Positions 63,950 to 64,000 of a stretch of 64,000 bases of DNA are shown here, piece after piece. The position numbers and the translations under genes are program-made. Source of the DNA: Candidatus Latescibacterota bacterium (GTDB lineage Bacteria; Latescibacterota; UBA2968; UBA8231); contig OZ244561.1 in NCBI GenBank assembly GCA_965217585.1, positions 1,056,001 through 1,120,000 of the forward strand, given 5' to 3'. The stretch's first letter is position 1, and every line of letters starts with the position of its first letter. A model generated the notes under the pieces. That model was not told where the DNA came from, ran no database searches, and worked only from the letters and a program-made list of their open reading frames with translations.

Positions 63950-64000
63950 ATGCTTCGTGTTGTCCTAACTTCGTTCACGGCGATTGCCCTTATGGGAATG
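63950..64000 (+). CDS. Start of a probable secreted protein (truncated by the window edge)
   Basis: AAGGAGG RBS, ATG, and signal-like MLRVVLTSFTAIALMGM. Confidence 0.65.
   Translation, partial: MLRVVLTSFTAIALMGM

Overview
GC-rich, gene-dense bacterial window with no rRNA, tRNA, CRISPR array, integrase or transposase that I can support. The gene content includes three DUF6785/DUF6784-type OPT-like membrane proteins, secreted proteins with FlgD-Ig/T9SS-like terminal domains, a WG-x-x-K C-terminal tail, WD40 and TolB repeat proteins, a PhyH dioxygenase and a sulfatase. This suggests a Latescibacterota/FCB-type, probably sponge-associated bacterium (inference only). Left to right: a cytidylyltransferase-PEP mutase fusion with a degenerate catalytic loop plus a CDP-alcohol phosphotransferase; an MscS/MgtE cluster; hydrolases; a ~15 kb envelope locus (CBM9-like protein, probable outer-membrane barrel, three paralogous FTPNGD-domain proteins, OPT-like transporter, divergent parvulin lipoprotein); a sugar ABC operon with two tandem DUF2341/LamG proteins whose LamG domain is split by a 7-blade FDGRY propeller; an Opp-type operon with GH2 and sulfatase; and two toxin-antitoxin loci that have each lost the toxin. 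At the right end, two secreted repeat-protein genes each sit between diverged direct duplications (~1 kb and ~0.24 kb) of the PhyH/TIM-barrel locus. That integrase-free cassette array and the envelope locus are the best candidates for undescribed systems. All family assignments come from motif recognition by eye, not database searches.
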